From NCBI GenBank assembly GCA_043228905.1, contig JBHGNT010000011.1:1488001-1552000 (forward strand): a stretch of DNA of 64,000 nt, in the 5' to 3' direction. Position 1 is the first letter of the stretch. Every line of letters begins with the position of its first letter. The position numbers were made by a program, and so were the translations under genes. Below the pieces are notes generated by a model. It was not told the origin of the DNA. It saw only the letters and a program-made list of their open reading frames with translations, and did no database searches. Below, piece after piece: positions 11,869 through 24,651 of the stretch. This DNA comes from Azolla caroliniana. Its lineage: Eukaryota; Plantae; Polypodiophyta.

Positions 11869-14800
11869 CGCGCGCTTCGACCCTTTCGGTCGGCTTGTCT
11901 GCTCGTTTGGCGCTTCTCAGCTCCCTTGTTGTCGCGATGTCGACGCGTCCTTTGCTGCCCTTTTCTCCACATGGCCTCCAGTTGATTCGGCGTATCCAAA
12001 TCGAACATTTTCGATTCAATTCCAGTTTCATTTGAATTGGTTGTATCCAATTCATCCTCAGTCTTTAGGCCTTTGACTACATCAGACCACGTCTTGTTCT
12101 TGGCCTTTACACCCTTCTTGGGTGTATCTCCCCCTGATTTGGCTGTCCTCGGTTTTTCCCTACGATTGCGGCCCTTTCTTTCTTCTTCGACTTCTTCAGC
12201 CTGTCCGAAATCGAATTCTTCATCCGATTCCTCATCACAGTCACTTCCGCCGTGATGAACACCTCTGCTCCTTTCATGCTCTTGTTCCTGTTCGTCTTCC
12301 TTTCTCCCCCTCAAGTTCGGCGTGTCGAGGTGACGCAACCCAAGCGCACCCAAGAAATGTCGTAACTTGTCAAGACCAAGAGGTTTTGTGAAGATGTCGG
12401 CAATCTGCCGATCAGTTGGAACATGCACCAATTCAACTTCACCTGAAAGGATACGCTCGCAAACAAAATGGTAATGCACCTCAATGTGCTTGGTCCGGGC
12501 ATGGAACACGGGGTTCTTCGCAAGGTGCATACTGCTGAGGTTGTCACAAAAGATCGTCGTCAGATGAAACACCTCCACATGCAGATCCCGTAATAGCCGT
12601 TTTAACCAAATGACTTCGCACGTAGCGACAGTCGCCCCTTGATATTCGGCCTCCATGTTCGACAGTGCTACTATCGGCTGCTTTTTGCTGTTCCACGCGA
12701 TCACTGCACTTCCTAACGAAAAGGTGTATCCGGATGTGGATCGATGATCATTGGCGTTTCTGGCCCAATTGGCATCCGTGTAGTTGACTAACTGTGCCTG
12801 CCCGATAAAACAAAGCCTTGTCTTTCGTGCCGCTGACATATCGCAATATCCGTTGCGCGCACTAAAAGTGTTCGGCCGTAGGCTGCAACATGAATTGACT
12901 GATTAAGCCGACTAGATAACTAAGATCTGGTCGAGTAATCGTCAGATAGATAAGGCTTCCGACAATCTGTCGGAACCGTGTCGGGTCACATGTCTTTCCC
13001 GAATCTGGGCGAAGCTTCACGTTTCTATCCAGAGGGATCGAGATGGGCTTACAGTTTGCCATCCCGAACTTGAAGAGCATATTCAGCGCGTAATGACGAT
13101 GGTTGATCAATATGCCTTCGGGGGTACGGATCACTTTGATCCCGAGGAAGTAATGAAGCTCTCCGATATCCTTCATTTCAAACGGTGCCACAAGCTGAGA
13201 CTTCACGTGGCGGATTTCGTCAAGGTCGGCACCGGCGATGACTAAATCATCAACGCACAAGAGCAGGCTGACCGGTCCATATTGACCTTGCCGAACAAAT
13301 AGAGAAGAGTCTGATTTCGACGTCCTAAAGCCCATCCTATGCAGCTGTTGCGTAATCTTCGCGTTCCAGGCTCGCGGGGCTTGCTTAAGTCCGTACAATG
13401 ACTTCTTCAGTCGGCAAACCGCCAAGGTGTTTCGTTCGGATAGAAATCTGGGGGGTTGTACCATGTACACCTGCTCCTCAAGATCACCTTGTAGGAACGC
13501 GTTCTTTACATCCATCTAATGTAAGTGCCTCACCTTCGCCGCAGCTACTACGAGCAAAACACAGATGGTAGTCATCTTCGCGACAGGCGCGAAGGTCTCA
13601 TCTTAGTCCACGTCGTGCTTCTGCGTGTAGCCTTTAGCTACTAAACGGGCCTTGTAGCGGTTGACAGAGCCATCGGTGTTGTATTTCACTTTATACACCC
13701 ATCTGCATATGATCGCCTTTACACCCTTTGGTGCGTCAACTAGGTCCCAGGTTTCATTCTCCGATAATGCGCGCATCTCTTCCTCCATTGCGGCACGCCA
13801 GTTCACATCTGTCACCGCTTCTGCGTAGCTCTCCGGCTCATGCACTTCCGCCACTCGCGTCATGTACGCGTAATGGTGCGCCATGTACTCATTATACCCG
13901 TATCTCTTTATGGAGTTCTTGAGGCGGGTAGATTGGCGTAATTCGTGATTACCCGATTTCACAACCTTTTCGGCTACCGTCGACCTCTTCCATGGAGGTT
14001 CCTTCTCGACTGGCTCAAGGCCAGATTTGCTTCGAATTGACTCGACACTACCGAAATCGTATTCTGACGTCTTCTTCTTCCCCTTCTCCAGGCGCGTAAA
14101 CCATCTCCTCGGTTCTTTACGCGGGGGCATCACGGCCGAGTCTCCACTACTCGTTGTCTCATCATCTTGTTGGCCATCTCGGCCCAACCCCTCACTCATT
14201 TGGCCCACTCAGCCGAAATGAGATCGAACTCTCTCTTAGAGCTCCAATTTCTTCATCATGCGGAGGCATTTCAGCCTCGCTGATTTCTTCTTCAGAAATC
14301 AGAATGGAGTCTTGAGGTTCTGGAGGTGAAGGCAAGTACCACGAAGTGGATTCGTTGAACACGACATCTCGACTAACGCATACTTCCTTTGTTCGGGGGT
14401 TATAGCACTTATACCCCTTCTGCTCGTCTGAATAGCCGACCAAGATACATTTCTCGGCGTTGGCATCCAGCTTCCTCCTCTTTTCCTTCGGCACATTCAC
14501 ATACGCAATGCTACCGAAAATCCTCAAGTGTGCCAAGTTCGGCTTCTTCCTAAAATACAGCTCATGTGGCGACACTCCTCCATTGGCAGAAGTCTGATTC
14601 TGCAAGTAGACAACCGTCTTCACGGCTTCGGCCCAATAAAATTTCAGCATATGCTTCTCGTCAAGCATTGCCCGGGTCGCTTCTTCAATCATCTGATTCT
14701 TCCGCTCGACTACATCGTTCCACTCCGGTGTATATCTACATGAGAATTCGCGTCGAATTCCGTCCTTCCGTAGATAACATGTGAATTGGTCGAAGAAGTA

Positions 14801-16576
14801 CTCCTTCCCGCCATCGGACCGTAGGCATTTGATTTTACGCCTTGTTTCCATTTCCACAAGGCTCTTCACCTCCAGGAAACATGTGAAAACTTCGCTCTTC
14901 TTTGCGATCGTGCATGCCCACGTGTGCCGAGTGAAATCATCGATGAAGGTTACAAAGTAACAGCTTCCACCGAGACTCATGTTCTGTGCCAATCCCCACA
15001 CATCCAAATGGATCAAATCGAGCGGATCACAGCTCCGATTAGGCTCGTTGGGGAATGGAAGTCGATGTTGTTTTCCCATCTGACAGGCTTCGCAAACTTG
15101 GCCATTCCGGCCACAAAATTTCGGCAACCCAAAAACAATGTTCTTCGTCTGCATTTCACAAAGCCATGGGAAATTTACGTGGCCGAACCGCTTGTGCCAT
15201 AGGTCGATATCCGATTCGACCTTTTGTCCTTTCGTGTACAATGCGGTTCCGGCTTGATTAGTGTCGAGGATAAACATCCTCCCTTCACGGCGCCCTTGCG
15301 CGATTACTTTGCCTTCCTCTTCTATGAAGCAACCGAGATGCGTGAATCGAACCTGCATTCCCTGGTTGACGATCTAACCGGCCGACACTAGGTTCTTCGT
15401 TATTGTCGGGACGTGCAACACGTTCATGAGTTTCCCTTTCTTCCCGACATGGCTGAGAGGAACTTCACCGACATGTTCGATGGTATGCGGAGTGTCGTCT
15501 CCCGTTTTGACCACTCCTTGTGATTCCGGTTTCTTCAAGTACAAGAACCATTCCTCGTGACTCGTCATATGATTTGACGCTCCGGAATCAACATACCACA
15601 CCTCGCTTGATTTCGAGGTGTTCACGGCCATAGAGTTGGCCTTATGCTTCATTACGAAAGCTGGCCCCAATTTGTTTCCAGCTCGTTCAGAGCCTTCTGC
15701 GTAGTGCGATCTCTGACGCCACGATCTGGCTTTGTCCGAATCGGCTCGCTTTTTCCAGCAGTCGCTCTCCTTGTGGCCTTTCTTGCCACAATACCAGCAA
15801 TCCGGCATGGCCTTCTCTTGCCGGCTTCTGGCACCGCCATGACTCCCCCTGCTTGTGGAGGGTCTGGAACTGCTGTCGGCATTTCGATTATGCCGCTTGT
15901 TTTGCTCTTGTCGGCTGCCTCCATTGCGCACCGATCTGCCTCGTCCACCATGACCACGGGGCCTATCATCCTTCATGTAAAGCATCTTGCCATCGGCGTG
16001 CGCACTCATCAACGCACCCGCGTGGTTTTCTTCTATGAGCAACATTGACTAAAGCTCGAAAAATGAAGGCTTAATCTCCCTCGTGCAGACAGCCGTTTGG
16101 AAAGATCCGAACTTTGATGCCAAGCCACCAAGACAAACCTGCACCATTTCATCTTCCTCTTTGTTCACGTTGACGGAGGCGAGAGAGTCACAGATTTCTT
16201 TGATCTTGGTGGTGTAATCAGCCACCGACATATCTCTTTGTCGTACATTGCTGAGCTCCTATCTAAGCTACAACTTTCTGGCCATTGTGTTGGCGGCAAA
16301 AATCCTTTTGAGATTCGCCCACACGTCCTTCGACGTCTTGGCATCCCGAATATAGCTCAAAAGTTGATCACTCAAACAGGACGCGAAGCAGTACAGCACT
16401 CTGCTTGCCGCTTGTTCCCAAGCCAGATAGTCCCTGTGTGTCGAGTCGGATGCCACATCGTTCGCTCCTTCAATATAACTCTAGTAGCCATGGCCAAGCA
16501 GGTACTAGTGCATCTTGTAAGACCACGATGCATAGTTGTTTCTGTCAAGCTTTTCAGTCGGAAGTGAGCTTCCCAT
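11869..16576 (-). pseudogene. gag-pol: Copia gag-pol of E with stops/frameshifts and a charged C-terminal extension
   Basis: [64 protein letters not shown]. Confidence 0.93.
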
Positions 16577-16690
16577 TCCTTTGTGCATGTGTCTATCTTA
16601 TTTCTTCCAAAAATAAGACCCTTCAACTCTGTTTGATGCAACGTTTTCTTGTCGGCTGCAGAGGACTTCAACCCTCACACTCTGATACCA

Positions 16691-17083
16691 TGTAAAAGAA
16701 TACGTTGTGCGGAAGCGTGTGCGTAAAACGCAGAGTACAAAGTTCAGAAAACACAAAGATGGAGATGGAGAGACAGAGACATAGAGACACTATAGATCAA
16801 ATTCAAAATAATTCTCTGTTTTGTACATAATTCATGCTCAGTGAGCACCTTATATACAAGCCCTGACAATCGGGCTAACACAAGTACTCACAGTACTTGA
16901 GTGCTCATAAATGAGCCGACTACACAAACTCCCAAAATTATTCCTTTACAAGGAATAACGCTCTAACGGCCTCTTCGGTTTTCACACCGATGTGGCCCTG
17001 TTGTGCGTACTTTTCACGCACCTAGTCTACGCACTGGGTTACACTGCATACTTCGTACCGAATTTTGAGCTTGTCTCTCAACA
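16691..17083 (-). repeat. 5' LTR of E (393 bp)
   Basis: Minus strand TGTTGAGA...TTTACA adjacent to the PBS; start resembles the LTR of related element M. Confidence 0.8.
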
Positions 17084-19034
17084 CAAATCGACCTCGAGGA
17101 GATCACAGAGGGCATGGTGCAGGCCCTTACCCACCTACCCGTAGGAGGCCTCTACTCCATCGAGAACCCCTCCACTAAGACAAATGACGGAGTACTTTGG
17201 TGAGTACTCCATACCCAGCAAAGCATACCGCACACAAGGCGGCGAAGACCCTTTGTTTCGGGAGGTGGCACTGGTGTTAATCGAATATGGATTTGTGCAT
17301 CCTCACCCACCAGATTTGCCTAAAAATAGAGCCGGTTTTATTATTGCAACGTACGAAGGCCTGAAGGTGGTCTGGCCGGTTATAGTGGCATATTCCTTGC
17401 GGGCTGCAATTCACTCGGTTGTGGATGGGAAGAAGGCCTGGACCGCGGTTGCACAATGGCTCACCCTACTGGTACCATCGCCACTAGCCATTCAAGCAAG
17501 GAAACGGGGCCGATCGGCAAAAACAACTCCGAATAAAACGACAAAATGGCAGCAGCTTCTCGCCAAACACACCCCCAGTTGGATAAAAGCGAGCTCGTCT
17601 CAACGGGAAATGGAGTATTCGGGCTAGAAAAAGCCGATGGAGAAAGTTGTGCCGATAGAAAGGCCGGTGGAAAAGTAGGCCAAGCCCATCAAGATCAAGT
17701 TGCGTCGGCAGGACCGGGAGACAGACAACTTGGCCCACAGAGGAAGATGCGGTGGACGAACCGTAGAGACCCTCCAACGTCGGTAGAGAAGGCACGACAG
17801 GGAGCAGCAAGGGGACGGATCGGGCCCAGATATGGAAAGCACCCCGATTCCCCGCTCTGTGGTAGAGGACACAAGGCCAGAAACCATCTCTCTACGACCA
17901 AAAATGGTGGCACTGGTTCTGCAAGAACCGGATATGATAGAGCATATCTCACCGGGTCGGCTGGCGCAGACAGACAAGATACGACTTCCGGAACTAGATG
18001 CGCAAGGGCTACAAGGGAAAGGTCCAAGGCCGGAGCCAGTGCATTGAGACAACATGACATTGTAGCCAATGGTTGAGATGGCGGGGAAGGAGGTGTGAAG
18101 AGTTGTGAACCGGATGGAGGAAGAAGAAAGGATGCAAATGGACCGGTTGTTCACCACAACCGAGGATTTAGAACATGCCCGGACATGGCTCCGGAGCTTA
18201 GAAGAAGAGTTGAAGAAGGCCATGGAACATGCGGCAAGTATGGGCAAACACAACCACAGAGCCGGTGGCACCAGCTAACACACAAGCGTCAGAGGAACAG
18301 GTGGCCAGCACAGCCCCGGTAAATAATATTTAGCGAGAACAAGAACTATCAACCTTGAAAGAGGAATCAGCCACTCAAGAGGCCCTAAGGGTCAAAGAAA
18401 GAGAGCAAAAGCAAGTAGCCAAGGAGGAAAAGTGGAGAATAGAAGAAGCTCTCGGTACTGAAAGAGGAACGCAACAAATTGCTGCAGGAAAAGGACAAGC
18501 TCTGGCATGGTGCAGAACCAAAATAGAATGGTTCAACAAGGAACTCCAACAACATAAGGACATGGAGGACCGCGCTCACTCGCAAATCAACCGCAAGCTA
18601 AAACAGAAAACGGAAGACTTCGATAAACTATATCAGGACCACAAGCAACTAGATGCAGAGCATAAAAAGCTTGGGGCAGAATTGGACCGGCAACAAGAGA
18701 AGTTGATGGAACTCCAGGTGGAGGTAGTTAAGAAGTCGGATGCGTTGGCTGAAGAACAAACAAAAGCGGTAGAGTCGACAAAGCTACTATAAGAGGTGGC
18801 GAGTGAAAGGATGGAGCTAACCCGACAACACTACAAGGAAATGGAACGAGCAAAACTGGCTCTGAATAGGGTTCAGATGACTTATCAGACCCAACTGCTT
18901 GAGTACGAGGTGTAGGCCAAGGATACCACGGCTTTGATTAAGAAGCTGAAAGAGGAGAAGCAGGTGGTGGAAGATAGCACAAAGTTGGGAGTAGGCCGGA
19001 TCCAAGCAATACTGGCGGCATGGAAAGAACGGAC
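17084..19034 (+). pseudogene. Accessory ORF of H (globular domain, linker, coiled coil); continues at 58411 to about 58960
   Basis: ORF pieces 17184-17627, 17832-18047, 18355-18792; aligns by eye to the F accessory ORF. Confidence 0.75.
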
Positions 19035-19504
19035 TGTTACCGATTAGGAACACGGTCTACGGTCAGTCCTTCAACCTAGACCTCAAAGTGACTGTGTTGT
19101 AATGAATGGTATCATCGTAGCGTAATACTTAGTGGGATACCTCCCGTATCCTAGTAGCGTATAAGGGAGATGGCTACAACCGAACTCCCTAGACAGTGGA
19201 CTAGCAACCGCACAGTTTCTCACGCCTACGCTCTTACGACTATGCTACGCCACCAAGAATCACAAACACACAGTAGATTAACCACAAATACGCACAGGGA
19301 TCAGAGAAGATAGAACTCTATGAAGATGCACCTTTTACATTCAAAATTACATGCTACCTCTATCAAAGGATTTCTGCCCTTTATATACACAGGGTCTTTT
19401 TAGCCGTTCACGCTTCCCGCGTGAACCGTTTGCATGCGTTACAATTTTACTATATTCTATATTTCTGCGCTCCTGTCCGTTGGTTACTATTCCGGTGGAC
19501 AACA
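19035..19504 (-). repeat. 3' LTR of F
   Basis: Direct repeat of 57936-58405. Confidence 0.96.
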
Positions 19505-19506
19505 CT

Positions 19507-19547
19507 TGGCACGCCTGTGGGACAGTGCCATGGCATGTCGGACCCAC
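19507..19547 (-). other. tRNA-Arg-like 3'-half mimic in the PPT position of F
   Basis: Minus strand GTGGG-TCCGA-CATGCCATGGCACT-GTCCCAC-AGGCGTG-CCA, then AG and the LTR TG. Confidence 0.8.
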
Positions 19548-20106
19548 CCCTTTAATCTTCCTCCAAAATGGCCCAGATGTTTGGTTCTGCTTCGGTTTCC
19601 GGATCCGGGGACGGCGTAGTGTCCATACGCGCGTCGGTGTGTGGTTCCACTGCCTGCTCATGAGGGATGCCTATGGTGCCGTTGGCTTCTTGTGTGGGTG
19701 GTCTAGGCTCTGCTGGCTCATCGTTTGCTATGGTAGCCGGTTCCGCCGTTAGCGAGCTCGTGGTGGGTCAGGGTTTCTGTCTCGTCCATAACCTCCTCCG
19801 TGTTGTCGGCCGTAGTCGTGCGCTATGGTGAGTGAGGCTGGGGTTCCTCTTGATCGGCGGTTTCACTTTCTGGTATCACGGGGGTCTTTGCTTCCCGTTC
19901 CGTGCTGTGCACCGTAGTGGTTCTTTCCAAGGACATGGGCTGAGGTCCCTCTGGTTTGGCAATATCCGGAATTGGTATCGCAATGGATTCCTCATTTGTT
20001 TGCGTGTTACCGGCTTGCGTGATTTGGTGAAACAGGTCCTTCTGACTTTCACCAAAATCGTCTAGTAGTTGTGCGAGTTCCTCAGAGTGTTGGTCCGCTA
20101 GCGCGC

Positions 20107-20734
20107 TGTCGTGAAGAAAACCGGCCCTAAGAGGAATCAAGGAATCAAAGGCATGAACCCGCCCTTTTGTAAGCGTGTGTGTGAATTGATTCATTGTAGG
20201 AATAGGACGGCTGATGTAAGGATACTAGGTAGGACACATTTATTAGGAAATCGATGCGTATCTCGGTCCGAAAGGACAGAGAATTAAGATGACGTGTTTG
20301 ATGTAATGGCACCCTTGGAGACTTATAAAGGAAAGGAGAGAGGAAGAAAAGGGGGTTGCTTTTTGGGAGGGAAGGAGGAGGCGTTGTCGTACTGGGAACT
20401 GAGCTCTCTCTTCCTCTATCATCATTCTCTGCAGGGTTGCAACTGTTGTAATTACCTCTGCTATAGTAACAGATTTTCTTGTTCCCGCCTATCTGTGTTA
20501 TCCGTGTTGTCTATGTCGAGATAATCTCTTCTTTGAACTCTCCCGAGTGTGCTCCTTGATTGAGTCGTTATACGCGTTGGTGGTTCAATCAACCGGCAAG
20601 TGTAGCTAGTTGTTGATAGGTCTAGCGGACCTCACGCCGTTGAGCTTCTCACTTCCTCTTGTCTCTCTTGCTCCTCAGTTCAGGGCCCCCGCGCTCCCGC
20701 CTTATTTCACACCCGCACGCGTAATAACACGACA
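20107..20734 (+). repeat. 5' LTR of G
   Basis: Direct repeat of 50193-50820. Confidence 0.96.
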
Positions 20735-20778
20735 CATTTGGTGAACCCAACGTGAAACAAGCGGCAGAGGAGTCGAAG

Positions 20779-22233
20779 ATGAGGGGATCGGAGCTCGCCG
20801 AAGCCATGGCGGTAGCGGTCGATAGTATAGTAAGTGCTCGCAAGGGCTTAAGCGCCCTCGACAGGGCCATTGAAGCAATTGTCGGCTCGATAGGCCGATT
20901 TGATGGGAAGGACGCCACGAGCTATTTGGTGGCCTACCGAGCCGAGATGGTGATGAGGGACATTCCTGAGGATAAGCGTCTGGCCGAGTTCCCTCGGGTG
21001 GCGACACTGGGCATCCACGCAGAGGTGCTCGAGGTACAGGCTGGATGCCGGACCTGGGGAGAATTCGAAGCACGGCTCCTCGAAAGGTATGGGCTCAATG
21101 ACGCGCTTCGGTTATCGAAGCGGGACTTCATGGAGTGGGTGGAAACCCCCGAAAAAGGGAGGAATGCGTCGACGCTCCTCCGAGAGTTCGAAGAACGCTT
21201 CGCACGGCTCTCGGCGCTGGACAGGACCTTGCTGGACAGGACCTTGCTGGACACGAGCCATGTCCTGTTGTTCATCAAATCGGTGGACGTACGGGACAGG
21301 GGCCAGGTGGGTCTCCTGTTGGAGACTGATGATGGGCTGATGACCGACTGGGCCATGGTCAAGGGGGTCTGTAGCCGCTTCGACAAACGACGAGAGTGGG
21401 GCGACGAGAAGTCGTTAGCGACGGGACCTACCCTGGCAAGGAAGTTCGACGAGCCTTCCCCGGCACGAAGGGAGGAAACCCGGGATTGGCTTGAAACTGG
21501 CTCAACATCTACCGGAGCGGTCAAGGGGCCATCCGGGGGAGTAGCTCTTGAGGAGCTGACACAAATGGTGCGCGACTTGCAGATCGCGCAGGCCCAGAGA
21601 GACAGTGGAGGGCAGCCACGCGACCAAAGACCGCCGGCTGGACAACGATGTATGTGGTGCGACGCAGTCGGACATTGCCGGCGAGACTACGTGGAGTTTA
21701 CCGAAGCCCTCAGGAGTAATGTGGTGTACCTATGGAACGGACGGGTGCACGCTAGTGAAACTCAGAGAGAGGTGGAGACTAATTTCGGGCGTGGTGGAAT
21801 GAAGCGGCAAATGGAAGAAGCGGAGGCGCACCATGTGGAGGTTGTCCATTATTCAGCATCGGTTGGGATCCGGGTGGGAAGTGAAGAAGGTCGAGAAACG
21901 AGGGACTATGGCTTCTGGCCCTCAGTGCTAGAAGGCCTCTCCGGCGCACGATTGAAGAGGGAGGAAGCGAGTCGCGCAGAGCAGCGAGTCAGGGAGGTCA
22001 TAAGATGGGATGATCCGGTTGAGGAGAAAACCGGTCTCGTGGAAGCCGTGTGCTAGAACTACGAGGTTCTAGTAGAAGACAAGTGCAAGGGAATGGCCGG
22101 AGGTGCCGGTCCCTCACAGCGGTACGAGGTTCGGACCAAAACAGAACAATGCCGGCAACACCAGGGTGCCGGATAAAACGAAACGGGCTGGTTACCGGCT
22201 GACCATGGAGATTGAGGGGTCAACGGACCTGCG
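20779..22233 (+). pseudogene. gag: Gag of G (interrupted by I)
   Basis: RFDGKDATSYL, degenerate knuckle CMWCDAVGHCRRDY; colinear with J gag. Confidence 0.9.
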
Positions 22234-22235
22234 AC

Positions 22236-22755
22236 TGTCAAGACTGAGAGAGAAAAAGAGAGAGAAAAAGAGATAGAGAAATAATGTCAAGACTGAGAGA
22301 GAGAAAGAGAGAGAAAAAGAGATAGAGAGATAATTGAAAGAGAATTATTATATTGAAGCGTAAAATAGATTACAAAGAGCAGGCTACAAAATGGCGTTGA
22401 ACCAATTTAGGTTTGGGATGGGTGGTAGATCCCTATTTATAAGTAATAGAGAACACTCTAGAATATTCTAGGTTATCCTAGAATGTAGAGTAATCTAGAA
22501 GATCTCTAGAGTATTCTAGAAGGTTCTAGTGGTATAGAACACTCTAGAATATTCTAGGTCATTCTAGAATGTAGAATAATATAGAATATTCCTATGATAT
22601 TAGATTTCATATTTTAGAGACTATACATATAAGAATATTAATACAATGGTTAAGGATTTGACATGTGTACAACAAGGTCGTGGGTTCAAATCCTTTCGAG
22701 TCATAATGTGAGTGTCATGATCCTTTCGATGCATGATGTGACTATTATCATGACA
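22236..22755 (-). repeat. 3' LTR of I
   Basis: TGTCA..TGACA ends; U3 matches 34506-34864. Confidence 0.93.
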
Positions 22756-24651
22756 ATATCCCCCTTCTTCGACGACACGTCTCACGGGTCGTAGGGTTTG
22801 TATTAGGACCTGGTTTACAAGGATATTGGCGATGAAATGCATTGACGAGTTCTGCAGCATTGGAATGATTTGTGGCAGGTTCCCAAGTTCGATCATTGGG
22901 GGTATAGCCTAGCCAATCGACTAAGTAATACAGCTTGTTGCGCACGATTTTAGAATCGAGAACGGCAGCAACTTCAAATTCAGGCCCGTCCAAGAACTCG
23001 ACAGGTGGTGGGGGTGTCGTAAGACGGCCCAGAATTGAACTTGTAGTATAAGGTTCCAAAAGGGATACATGAAACACCGGATGAAGATGCATGTGCGGAG
23101 GGAGGTCAAGACGAAATGCAATATGACTTATCTTACCAGTGATCATGTAAGGGCCAAAACATTGGTAATCCAATTTACTGCAAGGTCGAGTGGTCTTGAT
23201 GTTGTGTTGGAGAAGCCATACATGATCCCCAATGCGGAACATTTTTGAGGAGTCTAGACGATGACGATCGGCAAGCCTCTTGTGTGTAAATTGAGCATCG
23301 TGCAAATTGTGGAGAATGTTAGCTTGAATTTCTTGGAGGCAACTAAGACGATCCTCGGCAGCAGGGTTGGTAGGAACTTCTGGATGCGCATTCATCGTCC
23401 ACCGAGGATGACAGCCCGTATTTGCGAAAAATGGGGAATATCCTGTAGAAGAATGGGTTGAGTTGTTGTAAGCGAATTCCGCCAAGTGCAAAAAAGCAAC
23501 CCAATCATCTTGTTGATAGTTGATGAAACAACGAAGATATTGTTCCAATGTCTGGTTGGTACGCTCTGTTTGGCCATTTGTTTCAGGATGATAGCCCGAA
23601 GAAAGATTAACTGAAATGTGGAGAAGTTTGAACAAGTGCTTCCAAAACTTTGAGATGAATTGTGGACCACGATCACTAATAATATCATCCGGCAGACCAT
23701 GATGCTTAAATATCTCCCGCATAACGAGATCAGCCGTCTCTTGACTAGTAATCGACTTTGTACATGGCAAGAAATGTGCCATTTTGGTAAATCGATCAAC
23801 CACTGTGAGAATTGCATCAAAACCTTTTGAAATTGGGAGATCAGTAATGAAGTCCAAGGATATAGACTTCCAAGGAGTTTCCGGAATGGGAAGTGGTTGT
23901 AGTAAGCCATAGGGTCGGTGACGAGGATTCTTTGATCGACAACATATATCACAACTCCGAACATACTCCTCAACAAAATGACGAAGGCGAGGCCACCAAT
24001 AGCGTCAAGAAATTAATTCTAGAGTCTTGTGAACTCCAAAAATGACCAGCCATTGGTGAGTCATGGCAATGTTGCAAAACTTGTAGCCGTGGGGGACCGT
24101 CAGGAACATACAATAAATTTTGTCGAAATAGAAAACCATCATGCCAATAGAACTGACAATAGTCATTACGAGGATTTTTCGACTGTGAGCAAGAAGCACG
24201 ATCCGGGACGATATGATCCAAAACATCCTTGGCGAAATCATCAGTGGCCATATGATCTCGAATGGAATCAAGAAGAGTGGAATTTTCAAGAGTTGTTGAA
24301 ACGAATCCACGATTGCAAGAAGCTCTTTGTCATGGATCTCGTAGTTGATCTCTGCAACTTCAAACTTTCGTGAATGAAAGGCAACAGGGTGTAGTTGTCC
24401 ATCATCTCCAGTCTGCGAGAGGACACTCCCTAGTGCAAAATTGGATGCATCGGCTTCGAGGATGAGGCGTTTTGTTGGGTCGACATGTGCTAAGATAGGT
24501 GCCGTTGTAAATGCTCGTTTTAAGCTTTCGAATGCCTCGGCTGCATCTGAACTCCATATAAATGGTTGATCTTTATGTGTGAGCTGAGTAAGCGGAAGCA
24601 CAACTTTGGAATAATCTTTAATAAATTTTCGATAAAAATTTGCAAACCCGA
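22748..24651 (-). pseudogene. pol: RNase H (partly deleted), integrase and chromodomain of I
   Basis: EADASNFALG, DFITDLP, SDRGPQF, NGQTER, EFEVAAVLDSK...YLVDWLGY...TWEP. Confidence 0.95.

Larger units (their letters stand above)
11869..17083 (-). mobile_element. Ty1/copia element E; 3' LTR not in the window (displaced by D); inserted in H
   Basis: LTR 16691-17083, PBS TGGTATCAGAGT 16679-16690, full copia domain order. Confidence 0.9.

Noticed and set aside
19507-19523. Reading TGGCACGCCTGTGGGAC as the ordinary PBS of a plus-strand element
   Set aside because: All F coding domains and the TATA box are on the minus strand and a PBS exists at 57918-57931, so this site is at the 3' end.
21217-21255. 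15-bp in-frame duplication (LDRTL twice) in G gag
   Set aside because: Ordinary slippage, absent from J.
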